Of a DNA stretch of 64,000 nt, positions 12,913 to 24,060 are shown in pieces. The DNA lies in NCBI RefSeq assembly GCF_030684315.1, contig NC_081396.1, forward strand, positions 9,043,628 to 9,107,627. Reading direction: 5' to 3'. Both the position numbers and the translations under genes were made by a program. The DNA comes from Stegostoma tigrinum. Its lineage: Eukaryota. Position 1 is the stretch's first letter. Every line of letters begins with the position of its first letter. The notes under the pieces are model-generated. The model searched no databases. It saw only the letters and a list, made by a program, of their open reading frames with translations, and was not told the DNA's origin.

Positions 12913-13829
12913 TTATGGTCTCTCTTTCCATTTTCTGAACACTAGTGTCAGGGGAAATTTCACCAATTTCTTTAACTGTTCTCTGAATTTACTTTGGGTC
13001 CCTGCATAAATAAATGGGTTGATGCAAGAATTCAAAAGCTGAAGCATATACCCGCCTTCGTCAAGAATAAAGTTTGATTCATTGTAATTTGAACCTGAGA
13101 AATAAGTGACATTTGCAATTTGAACGTAGAGGAAAGTCAGGAGAACCAATAAATATGACAGAAGGAAACTGCCTGAGATTGCGAAGAGTAAGACAATGGA
13201 CTTTCTCCGTTTTTCCATCTCTGGGTCATTCTGATTCTCTCCATTGCTCCTGGTCCAGAGTCTCCTGCGGGCTCTACTGGCCAATACAATATGCCTGACA
13301 GTGAGGACATTGAACAGCAAAATCAGAATGAATGGAAGACAAGGGTTTAAAATTACTATTGACCAATCAAATGCAACCCAAAGGGTTGAGGTGTAATATA
13401 TTGATTTGAGGCTGCAATACCAAGGTACATCGTTAATGATAAAGGAAGGCTCATATGCAAAGTATAAAGGGATGTTTCTGAGGCAGTTCAGAGTGCAGGC
13501 AGTTGCTATAACCACAGCCGCTACTTTCTCAGTGCAATATTTCATTTTCAGCTTCTGGCAACAAATGGCAATAAATCGATCAAAAGTGAAAGCTGCAGTT
13601 ACCCAGACAGAAGAGTCTCTGACTCCATAAATTAACATGAGATTGGCACTACAGGCTGGGGTGATAAACAGGAATGTCATTGGGAAATAAATACCCATAA
13701 TCCGGTTGAATACCACAGCTGTGATAATGAACAGGATATCTGTCACGGCCATGGATACCAAATAATACACGATGCATTTGGAAAGTCCGCACCTTTCCCG
13801 TGACAGGATACCAATCACCGAAAGGTTAG
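12913..13829 (-). CDS. GPCR gene 1, exon 2 (TM1-end to TM7); class A GPR139/GPR142-like orphan receptor, 328 aa with exon 1
   Basis: Seven hydrophobic segments; YLVSMAVTD (TM2), FTFDRFIAIC (TM3), CLPF (TM5), NSCINPFIY (TM7); acceptor ctttttgttag at 13831-13830; TAA at 12915-12913. Confidence 0.93.
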
Positions 13830-15375
13830 CTAACAAAAAGCAATGTAAGAGTTACTATGCGATATCAACAAATGTGTATGTAACCAAAGAAACATAAAAC
13901 AGACATTTGATAATGCGCAATTTTCTGAAAGTATGCACAAAGAGAGAAAACAGTCTGCAATTTTCACTGAAAATATTTCTGTTCCACTGCAGAATAAGTC
14001 ACTAATTGGCAGCGAGTTCTGAGTATTGTGTAACAGTGGCAATAGGGGTGTATGCTTAGTTTTACAGGAAACATTGGTATTCTTTCTTTATGATTCAGTT
14101 GCGGGAAATTCACTCTATTCTGCTCCTGGGCAAATTATATAGCGGAACTGAAGCATAAGTCACCTGAAACTTTGGTAAATTGAAGAAGCAGTAATATTAT
14201 ATCAACCAAGGAAATAGCCACAAAGGAGCAGATCATACAGAATTTAAAGAAATCCTCAGATTCACATTGAAACAGATATTCAATAAGAAATAGCTCAAGA
14301 TGAAAAGCAAACTCACCTCTAAACGGAGAGAGTCCTCGGTTTATCCTTGAGAAGGAATTGAAGTTAAGGCAACAACATTTTCATGACAGACAATGAAACA
14401 ATAGAACAGATAAATTCCAGGTATAGTTCCCTAGGTAATGCACTCTCTTTTGAATCCTACTATGAGTCTTCAGATTTGACTGAGCTTTGCACCACCCAGG
14501 ATGTTGCATTTGTGTGAAACCGGTAAATGAAAGATATGTGGAATGAGAGTAGAAATTAAAATTGAGCTGAACTATGAAGAAACTGCTGTTAATGTTCTAT
14601 CAGAAGCAACAAGCAGCACATCATGGTAAAGTTGAGGAACCTCAGTAGCTGAGAAGATTTAAAATTGATACATTTGCATTGTTAACAGTTTGACAGTTGT
14701 AATTGAAAGTCAATTGACAGTTATGCTGCTCAAAACAATGGAAGTGCAATTAATTAGTAATCCCAGTGATATAACTCACATGCAGCACTGGCAGTAAGAA
14801 CTCACCAGAACAATATTTTTGAATTCTGATGTTAACAATAAAGCAGAAAAAAAACAGGGGAAAATGATACTGCTCAGGGAAATACACTAACAACAATATC
14901 AAGAAGCTATGCAATTAAAATCGAGCAAATAAGAAATCCATTGAAAAAATTTTGTTGGCAAAATAGACCATCATGCCCTTAAAAGGGAGGCGAGACATTC
15001 TAACCCAAAATCAGGCAAAGTTGCAGGAAAGATAACATTTTGGTTCGACATCCGGCTTTAGAAATCTGAAACGTCAGCTCGCCTGCTCCTCTGATACTTC
15101 CTTGCCTGTTGTGTTCCTTCAACTCCATACTGTGCTGTCTCTGAAAACAGCATCTACAGTTCTCGCTATCTTTCGCATAAAATTGTTACAATCTTACTGC
15201 TCCATAGGGCAAATAGACAATACCATTGAATGTGATTATGTCGTTGGAGTGAATACAAAAAAGACTACAAATTCATTGGGACTATGATATTGATAACTAA
15301 GGGGTAAACTCAAACGGGTAAATTAAAGAAGCTGTTAAAAATCATTCCACTTAATAATTAACGGCTGTCCTTTAC

Positions 15376-15445
15376 CTGGAATCCCAGCAATTGCTAGGAT
15401 AGGATAGTAAATAGCAAACACGAGTCCTTTTGGTAACCCATGCAT
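15376..15445 (-). CDS. GPCR gene 1, exon 1 (MHGLPKGLVFAIYYPILAIAGIP)
   Basis: 70-nt ATG exon ending CCAG|GTAAAG; the phase-1 join gives GIP-A-NL, the TM1 GxxxN motif; homologous to exon 47576-47507. Confidence 0.9.
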
Positions 15446-16889
15446 TTCTGTCTCAAGCTGCGTTTACTTTTGGCCCTGCAATGAATGGCAGCCACATTTG
15501 TACCTTATGGCAGGCCCCTGGGACACAATTAAATGCCTTGAGCTTTTTGCAATGATTACTGTAATTGGAGCAATCAGATTCGAGGTATTTCTGCCTGGCT
15601 TGTCTTCAATTTTGATGTAATTTAAAAAAAATCATGTACAATGACATTCCTCCAAAATGAATTACTTTCAAGATACGGATTCCTTGGACAAAACAAAAGT
15701 GAAATACAAAACAGGCCGTTGCAAATTTGCACAAGGGTGGATTGAATGAAGTACCTTGTATATGAATGAAACATTTATCACCTTCGATATTCTGTTATAT
15801 TGGAATATGCAGCCTATTTCCTCTCCTGATCATTATTCAGTCTGTTTGTTCACTGATTAAGTTTCAGTCTCCCTGAAATTGTGTAATCAATTGAAAGCAA
15901 CAGTCTGCCCACAGATTATGGGCATGTGCATCAAGTTTCACATTGCATTCACAGGGCTTGATTGTTTTTACAATTACTTTGAGAGCTGACTGGACGATGT
16001 GCGAACTGTTATTTTGTATTCTGACATGTCAAGCAAATCTTGATGAGATACAGTTCAACATGCACAAGTCCAAATCAGCAGATATATTAGCACTGATATT
16101 GGCCGCTTTCTGGCTATGCATTTAGAGTGGGTAAAGCCTGTTCAGTGTGATTACATTTATCATAAATTGGTCCTGTGCCTTCTTTTGCATTCTTTTCACA
16201 CAGAGCCATATCACTGTGGTTGTCTTTAGTACGGAGTTGTGTGGGGCATGTTCGGATTAAATCTGTTCATTGACCGAACAGGAACGGGTCCAGTTTCACA
16301 AGGTTAAATTAAGCGCTGTGCTCATTCAGTACTGTCCGAGAACAAAAGTCCAGATCCACATCCTTCTCAGTTTGTGTTTCGTGAGGGCAGTAATGTACAG
16401 TTGAGCTCTCTTCATGTCAACATGAAGAGAATGGTTCCAACAAGTTATTGTCTTTGTGAAATTGTCCAAGAGAATTTGATTATTAGTACAGTGCAAGCAA
16501 ATGGCTGTGAACATTTACATTCAATGTGACCTTTCCCATTCAGTTCTGTGCAGCGTTGCTTGCAATGCCTACGGGATTGAGCATACACGGCATCAATTGA
16601 GCATACCCATTCATTGTGTCAGGTCCAGGTCAGCAGCGTGACCTTCAACTTTTGACCAAGACTGCAGGAGCTGGTGAGTGCATTGAGTTCCTAATGATGA
16701 GACAGAATGTGGTAAAATGATAATGGTTTCGTTTCCTGCGTTTGCAAAATGTCCTTGTAAAGCAAACTGTTGTTGCAGGTGAGTTGAAATGTACCTGGAA
16801 AAGGTCTGAGGAGAGAGTGCCTGGGAAGGACTGAAATAAATAATATCCTACGCAGAAACCCACTGCCTGCTTCACTGTTCAAGTAGATC

Positions 16890-17990
16890 ATGGCTGATCA
16901 GATAACCGTCAATTTCATCTTCCTGCCTTTATCCTACAACCCCCGATTCTCTTACTGTTTAAAAGAAAATCCATCTCAGCCTTAAGTACACTTAGTGACA
17001 GAACCTCTACAGCTCTCTGTTGTGATGAACTCCACAAATTCACAACCCTCTGAACGTAATTCCTCCCTGTTTCTGTTTTAAATGTGCAACTTCTTACTGT
17101 GAGATTATGCTCTCTCGTCTGAGAAGAAGCAACATCTTAGCATCTACCTTGTAAAATTATCCACGAAATGTATTTATATACATATGTATGTCAATCAAGA
17201 CACTTCTCATTCTTCTAAACTCCAATGTTTACAACCCACCTTACTTGACCTCTCCACATGTGAAAACCTTTCCATGATTTCAATCAGTGAATCTTCTGTA
17301 GTTTGCCTACAATGACATTATAGCTTGCCTTCAATAAGTGGGCTAAACCCATTCACATTATTCTCTGTGAGGTCTAAGTCGTACCTTGTACAGTTTTCAC
17401 AAGACTTCTCTATTTCTATACTCCATTCTCTGAGATAGACTCATGTTCCAGTTGCCTTCCTTGTTATCTGCTGAACATGTATGTGAAGTTTTTTTTTGTG
17501 ATTAATGCAGTAGGATGTCCGAATGCCTTTGTGATCCAGCTTCCTGCAGTCTGTTTAAATAATAACGTCTGCATACCTCTGCAAAACCTAACTTTTCTCA
17601 TTAATTCCCATTTCCCAAATTTTTGACACAAACATAACCTGTTTATATTTATCTGCAGATGTTTTGACTCATCGTCACCACTTACCTTCCCATTGTTTTC
17701 TGTTACCATACTCATTTGCATTATTTATATAATAAATACACTTTGTAAATTATTCTACTTGCAGCTCTCATCACTGTACTGCTCCACTCGTTGCAGAGTG
17801 CCATCCCGAAAATTTCCCTCATGTCCCAACTCTGTCTTCTATTAACTCACCAATTCTCTATCCATGCAAACATACGACCTACCCACCATGGGCTCTTATT
17901 AAGTAGCCATATGTGCATAACCTTATTGAACACCTTTTAGAAATTTGGAAACTTTACATTTTTTGGTTCACATTTATCTTCCTGCTTGTT
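16890..17990 (-). mobile_element. Old degraded CR1 LINE
   Basis: CR1-like 3' end and RT remnants (e.g. LQ.NINRL....KW..MRK). Confidence 0.6.
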
Positions 17991-18079
17991 ACTTCCTCAA
18001 GGAATAATGGTGACTTTGTTGGCTTGTTTTCCATTTTAATGACACCATGTTGAATTAACTTGGTTAGATGATGTATTTC

Positions 18080-18620
18080 TAAGACAGCTTTCTCAGTTTC
18101 GTGAGTCGTCTGCTGGATAACTTGCTTACCCATGTGTCCTTGTTTGTTGTCCTTGTCTTTGTGGTGGATCACTTCGGCAAGTTTTTCCTTCAGCTTGTGT
18201 CGCTTAATTTTGGTCCTGTGTTGTTTGATGGTGATGGCCTATTCTAGCGTTGTAATGTTTTCTTACTCTGATTTTTGGCGTGAAATTTCCTGTTCATATT
18301 TGTAGAGTGGTTATGGGCATCATTAATCATTGCTGGTAGTGTTCTGCATCCGTTTTTTTTCAGCTATTTTGAATGCCTGTGGGTTGTTGAGTGGACGTTT
18401 GTACTTCAACCCGCGGGGAAATATGTGCTTTCCTGAGGCATTCGTGGAGAAAGTGAGATTGTTTGTGGATAACGTGCAGTCAGTTGCTGAAGGTTTCCCA
18501 TCGCTGGGCAAATTTTAGCGCGTCACACTGGTAGGTGTTTTCGGTTTTCACAAACATTTGCAGCTCAGGTTGTGGGTGAGGTTGTTGATTTGCTCGCTGA
18601 GCTGGTTTGTTTTTTATTGA
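18080..18620 (-). mobile_element. Degraded Penelope-like element, N-terminal ORF region
   Basis: Peptide ...KHIFPRGLKYKRPLNNPQAFKIAEK resembles a Penelope N-terminal domain; the flank matches the element at 9640-9680. Confidence 0.45.
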
Positions 18621-19196
18621 TATTGCAAACAAAAAGCAACCGATGACATTCTACATTATTTAAGTGCTTGTTGAGGCCACAATTTGAGTTTTCCATCCAC
18701 ATCTTTTCACCATCTGTCTGTTTCAAGGTTGTGAGGTCCTTTGGGGGCCTGCAGAGGAGATTTATCAGAACATATTCAGCCAAGCACATTGAGAAAATAA
18801 TCGGTTGAGTTACAAGATTTGTAATAGATTTACATTTCATAGAGAAAAAACAATATTATCCCATTTCCTGATTTAATGCAGACGAGGGACAGGTTGACGT
18901 TTCTGAGGAAGGAAAAGAGGGGGATGTGACAAGAACATTTTAACACAATTGATGGCGATCTTCTGGAACTTGCTGCCTCTGATTGTCGGAGTAATAGTTT
19001 CAAAACAACATTGAACAAGCATTTGAGAGAAAGCACTTGCAAGAATGGAACTGTGGAATGGATATGACTGGATTTTTGCAGACGTTAACCATGAATGCCA
19101 AGGGGTGAATGGTCCACTCTGTGGCATGAGGACTCTGACCCTTTGGTGCAGTTACACCTTTTTTTCGAGATCTTAGGATCCAGTTGGCACGCTTTA

Positions 19197-19520
19197 GGGG
19201 CAGCACGGTGGCTCAGTGGTTAGCATTACAGCCGCACAGCACTGGGGACCCGGGTTCGATTCCAGCCTCAGGCGACTGTCTGTGTGGAGTTTGCACATTC
19301 TCCCCGTGTTTGCATGGGCTTCCTCCAGGAGCTCCGGTTTCCTCCCACAGTCCAAAGATGTGCAGTCTAGGTGGATCGGCCAAGCTAAATTAACCATAGT
19401 GTTCAGGGGTGTGTGGGTGATAGGGGAATGAATCTGGTTGGGCTGCTTCAAGGGGCGGTGTGGACTTGTTGGGCGGAAGGGCCTGTTTCCACACTGTAGG
19501 GAATCTAATCAAATCTAATC
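19197..19520 (+). mobile_element. Full-length HE1-type SINE
   Basis: GGGGCAGCACGGTGGCTCAGTGGTTAGC (A box), GGTTCGATTCC (B box), conserved body and AATCT-repeat tail. Confidence 0.92.
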
Positions 19521-20307
19521 ATTCTGAGGCAATTGAGTCATTCATATGGGTGCAGCCCAGCTCTCCAGACTTAATCTAACCACAGTCTGGCTATCTCAGT
19601 GCATTTCCAGTCTCACTCAAAGCTGAGATCTTCTCCCACTGGCAGAACATATGAACCTTAATCCTTCCAAATTTTTATGCTCATGTTGTTCAGGCCCTGA
19701 TGAACTGAGTGCCTGTCTCAGGTAGAAGCTTAGAAATATAGAGGATGGGAACAGGGGGAAAGCATTCTGCCCTTAGAGCCAGCTCTGCCATTCTTTATGA
19801 TCATTGCCAATCTTGATGCAATGTTTAATTGAGTTTCCAGTCTGTCAATCATCTGCTTTCACTGCCCTATAAGTTTAGAAATTCCATCCCTGTCAGTCCA
19901 TGACAGAAATTCAGAAAAAGGCAAACATTTCTCTTGGGGTGAGTTTGCTGAGAATATATATCCTCCCTGTCTCAGATTTTTAGAAAGGACGGTCATGCAT
20001 GCATGCTGCTGCACCTTGCCCCGTATCATGTGCTTGTGTCACATGGATTGTTTCCACCAATAATGATAGCGGCAGGATGCCAGTCTCTACCAAAACAAAT
20101 TATTAATGATAGCTGACTGTTTGCTACAAGGATGGGGTTAGTAGTTTTGAATTCAGAGTCTGCAGTTACTCTCAGTCTTTATGGAGTTTCCCTGCTCACT
20201 GTGGACTTTCCGCCCACTCTGTTTCTCAGTATATTACTCATTAAACTTTTCCCTATCAGGAACGAAAAGAGAAGTTGCTGGAAAAGCTCAGCAGGCCTGG
20301 CAGCATA

Positions 20308-20615
20308 AAATTCCTACAGTGTGGAAAAAGGCCCTTCGGCCCAGCAAGTCCACACCAAACCTCAGAGCATCCCACCCAGACCCATCCCCAAGTAATCCAC
20401 CTCGTCTACACGTCCCTATGGGCAATTTAGCGTGGCCAATTCACCTAATCTGTAAATATTTGTATTGTGGCAGGAAACCGGAGCACCCGCAGGAAACCAC
20501 GCAGACACAGGGAAAACGTGCAAACGTCACAAAGAGAGCCGGCCAAGGCAGGAATCAAACTCGCGACCCTAGCGCTGTAAGGCAGCAGTGCTCAACACTG
20601 AGCAACAGTGCTGCT
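20308..20615 (-). mobile_element. HE1-type SINE inserted into a Penelope-derived element
   Basis: Reverse complement of the SINE consensus; it splits GCAGGCCTGGCAGCAT from GAAGAGAAATCAGAG. Confidence 0.85.
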
Positions 20616-20984
20616 CATGAAGAGAAATCAGAGTTAAAGTTTCGGATCCACTGACACTTCCTTCGAACTCAGTTTTTATTTTTTAAACTCTTCATTGTAC
20701 TCATTTAAGTACACGTGACAATAAAGTTAATTCTAATTGTAATTCTGATTCGCTAGTAAGCTTACTTGGTAAGGAAGGATAATGACACAAACGTAAGTAT
20801 CCAGTTCAGGGAATTTGGAGATAATGTGGGAAGACCGGAAGAGATGCTTTTTACTTCTTTTCTTTAGGCTCATAGTTTGGAAGATTTATTAACAGAATAA
20901 ATGGAAGCCCAGGAGCAAAACATGCAACTTTTGTGAGATTTGGAAAATTTTATTCTGTTACCATGTTCAGTTTGGGTAGTCAAA

Positions 20985-21620
20985 GTCATAGTCATAGAGT
21001 CATACAGCCCAAACAGTCCATGCTGAGCATAATGACAAACTAAACTTGACCCAGCTGCCTGCTCCTGGCCCATATCTCTCCAAACTATTTCTATGCATGT
21101 ATCTATCCAAATGTCTTTTAAACGTTATAATTGTAACAGCATCTACTATTTCCTCAGGAAGTTCATTCCATACGTAATCAACTTCTGTGTAAAAAAAAAC
21201 CTCCTGTGCTTTTTTAAATTCTCGCCTTAAAAATGAGTCCGCTAGCCTTGAAATCCCATATTTTGGGGAAAAGACAATACCATTAACTCTGTTGATATCT
21301 CTCCTTGTTTTATATACTTCTATTAGGTCGCCTCTCAACCTCAATTCACTCCAGTGGAAAAAAAAGCCCCAGCCTATCCAGCCTTTCTTTATTACTTAAA
21401 CCTTCCATTATGCAGCAATGCCCTGGTAAATCTCCTCTGAACTCTCTCGCACTTGATAATATCCTTTCTATAACTGGGTGACTACAATTGGTCATAGTAT
21501 TCTAGAAGAAGCCTTACTAATGCCCTGTACAACCTGAAGATGACTTCCCAACTCCTACACTCAAAGGACCGAGCAATAAAGACAGGCACGGCCAAACACC
21601 CCATTAAACATCCTGTCTAC
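20985..21620 (-). mobile_element. CR1 LINE 3' end
   Basis: ORF 21000..21344 RLRGDLIEVYK...WNELPEE...FKRHLDRYM; CTATGA-type tail. Confidence 0.88.
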
Positions 21621-23304
21621 ATATTCTAGAACAGAGAAAGTGAGAGGTTCATATCCATAATTCTTTGAAATTTGCTTCGCAGGTAGCCAAGGTTGTTGAG
21701 AAGACATTGAGCACGGTTGCCTTTATTGCGCAAACCTTTTATTTTGGGAGTTGGGATATCATCTATTCAATCTTGTTGACTGGGTGAAGCTACCAACATG
21801 TCCAGCCACTTTAAAATTTGAACGTGTTGCATTTGAAGGTGAAAGCTGTTTTCCATTGAATCATTTTTCAAAATAAGCAACTAAATTTGGAAAAAGACGT
21901 GCAGTTCATGTTTTCTTCAGTGATCTTTAACCAAATGCATTTTCTCACAGACGATTTGTTGCTCATAGTATGGAGCAAGGCCTCAAGCCCTGGATGTCTA
22001 TTGTTCTACCTTGGCCCACGTGATACAGCAGTAGAAATGATGGCCCAGCGTTCATTTATTTGAATTTTTACAAAATTCCAGGTTTTAGGTGCCACTGGCT
22101 GGCTCAGGTATTGTTGCCCTTTTCAGAGCCATTGCTGTGGGTCTGGAGTCGCATGTGGAACGTGCAGAACGGGCCAGGCAAAGACACCAATTTACTTTTC
22201 TAACAGGCGTTATTGAACTGATTTCTTGCAACAGATGTTTTCTTGTCATCTTAAATTTTTAATTTGAGATGTGTTATTAAATTGAAAACCCATGAACTGC
22301 CATGGTGGGACGTGAACCAGGAATCCCAGGACATCACCTGAGTGTCTGTAAATCACAAAATCTCTTCTGAATGCTTTTTCCCTTGTCTGGTGCAACGAGG
22401 TGCCTGAGAGACTAAAGTGATAAACTTCTAATCTACTGTTATGCATGGATTGGTTCAAAATGCACTCACGTTGCTATTTCAGTGAGTGCATAACTCAATG
22501 TTCTGCTTACCTGGCTTTTGTAAAAGCTGGAAGCTTTTCTTATCAACTTATTAAGCGCGGGATTTTCTGCATTGTCTGGCTTAAACTTTATTGGAATGTG
22601 GATTCAATTGTAATAATGAAAAGGGACAAGAATTTCCCTCCTTCCCTTCCTTCTGTCGTTACGTTCTGTGAATTTGAATCCAATGCAAGACAAGTAAGAA
22701 TGAAAAGGAATGAGAGAGCAGAATCACTAGATTATTGTGTGAAATATATCTATTTGTAAATTTTTTCATACATTGGATGAGTGAGAAATAGAATCCCTAC
22801 AGTTTGGAAACAGGTCGTTCAGTCCATCGAGTCCACACTGACCTTCTCAAGAGCTTTCCAACCAGACTCACCCCGCTACCCTATCCCTGTAACCGTGCAT
22901 TTTCCACGGCCAATCTACCTAACCTGCACATCTTTGTACTGGGGGAGGAAGTTTGAGTACCCAGAGGAAACCCACGCAGAAACGGAGAATGTGAAAAGTC
23001 CGATCATGGAATTGATTGCAGGTCCCTATCCTTTGAATTATGTGCAGCCCAAATGATGGATTAAAAGCCCATTAGAATTTCTTGACATAGATTCAAGTTC
23101 TGCTCATTGTAATGTTCTTCATGACAGTGTCTCCAGAGATCATTACTGGTGACAGGGAATAAGTAATGTGCCATTTTTATTATATTGGTTGAGTGGTCAG
23201 AATTCTGGAAATCTGCTCTTCAAAATGGAGCAGAAACTGAGGCAGTTTAGAGATATTTCATTTCCTTTCAGCGTGTTTCTCTTCAGCCCACTGTCAGTTT
23301 TGGT

Positions 23305-24060
23305 GATTTGATTTGATTTCTCAATGTTTCATGCACAGAAGTAGGTGAAACGTTTTGTTTTGCATGCAGTACAGGCAGATCATAGTATACGAGGATCACA
23401 GCGTGATTGAAAAGAGCACGGAATACAAGGTTAAAGCTGATAATTAGGTGCACACAAAGCAGGATCATCATTTCTGAAGAAGGGGCAATGACCTGAAACA
23501 TCAGCTTTTGTGCTCCTCTGATGCTGCTTGGCCTGCTGTGTTTATCCAGCTGTCCACTTTGTTATATCAGGATCATCATGAGATTTGAAATTTGAGAGGT
23601 CTGTTCATTCGTCTAATAATAGTAGGGAAGAAGCTGTTCTTGAATCTGTTGGTGCCTGTGTTTAAGCTTTGCAGCTTCGAGCTGACAGAAGAGTTTGGAA
23701 GAGATTATGGCTGGGTGGGAGCGGCATTTCATGATGTTGGCTTCCTTTCAATGGCATCGTGAAGTGCAGATGGAGTCAATGGATGGAGGGTGTTCATAGC
23801 TTTCTGCAGTTTCTTACTGTTCCGGGCAGAGCAGTTGCTATCCAAAATAATGATGCATCCAGATAGAAAGCTTTTTATGGTGCACCTGTAAACGTTGGCA
23901 AGAGTCTTCATGGGCTTGCAGAATTTCTTTTGCCTCCTGAGGAAGAAGAGGCGTTGTGGTGCCTTCTTGACCATCACACCTACGTGGATGGTCCAGGACA
24001 GATCTGATCAGGACAGATGCTTTGGTACCATCACCACCTCAGCTGCATTGATATAGATAG
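23305..24060 (-). mobile_element. Rex1/Babar-type LINE 3' fragment
   Basis: KKAPQRLFFLRR.KKF...KTL.N.YRCTI.S.LSGCI....NCSA...KKLQ. Confidence 0.85.
23472..23567 (+). mobile_element. 96-bp Penelope pLTR-derived mini-insertion with 12-bp TSD
   Basis: TSD CAGGATCATCAT at 23460-23471 and 23568-23579; single-copy empty site at 49561-49572; begins at CTGAAGA...GAAACATC. Confidence 0.85.

Noticed and set aside
16180-16890. CACTGTG at 16212 and leader/V-like peptides upstream of GPCR1
   Set aside because: No good nonamer, no FGxG motif and no Ig cysteine/tryptophan pattern.
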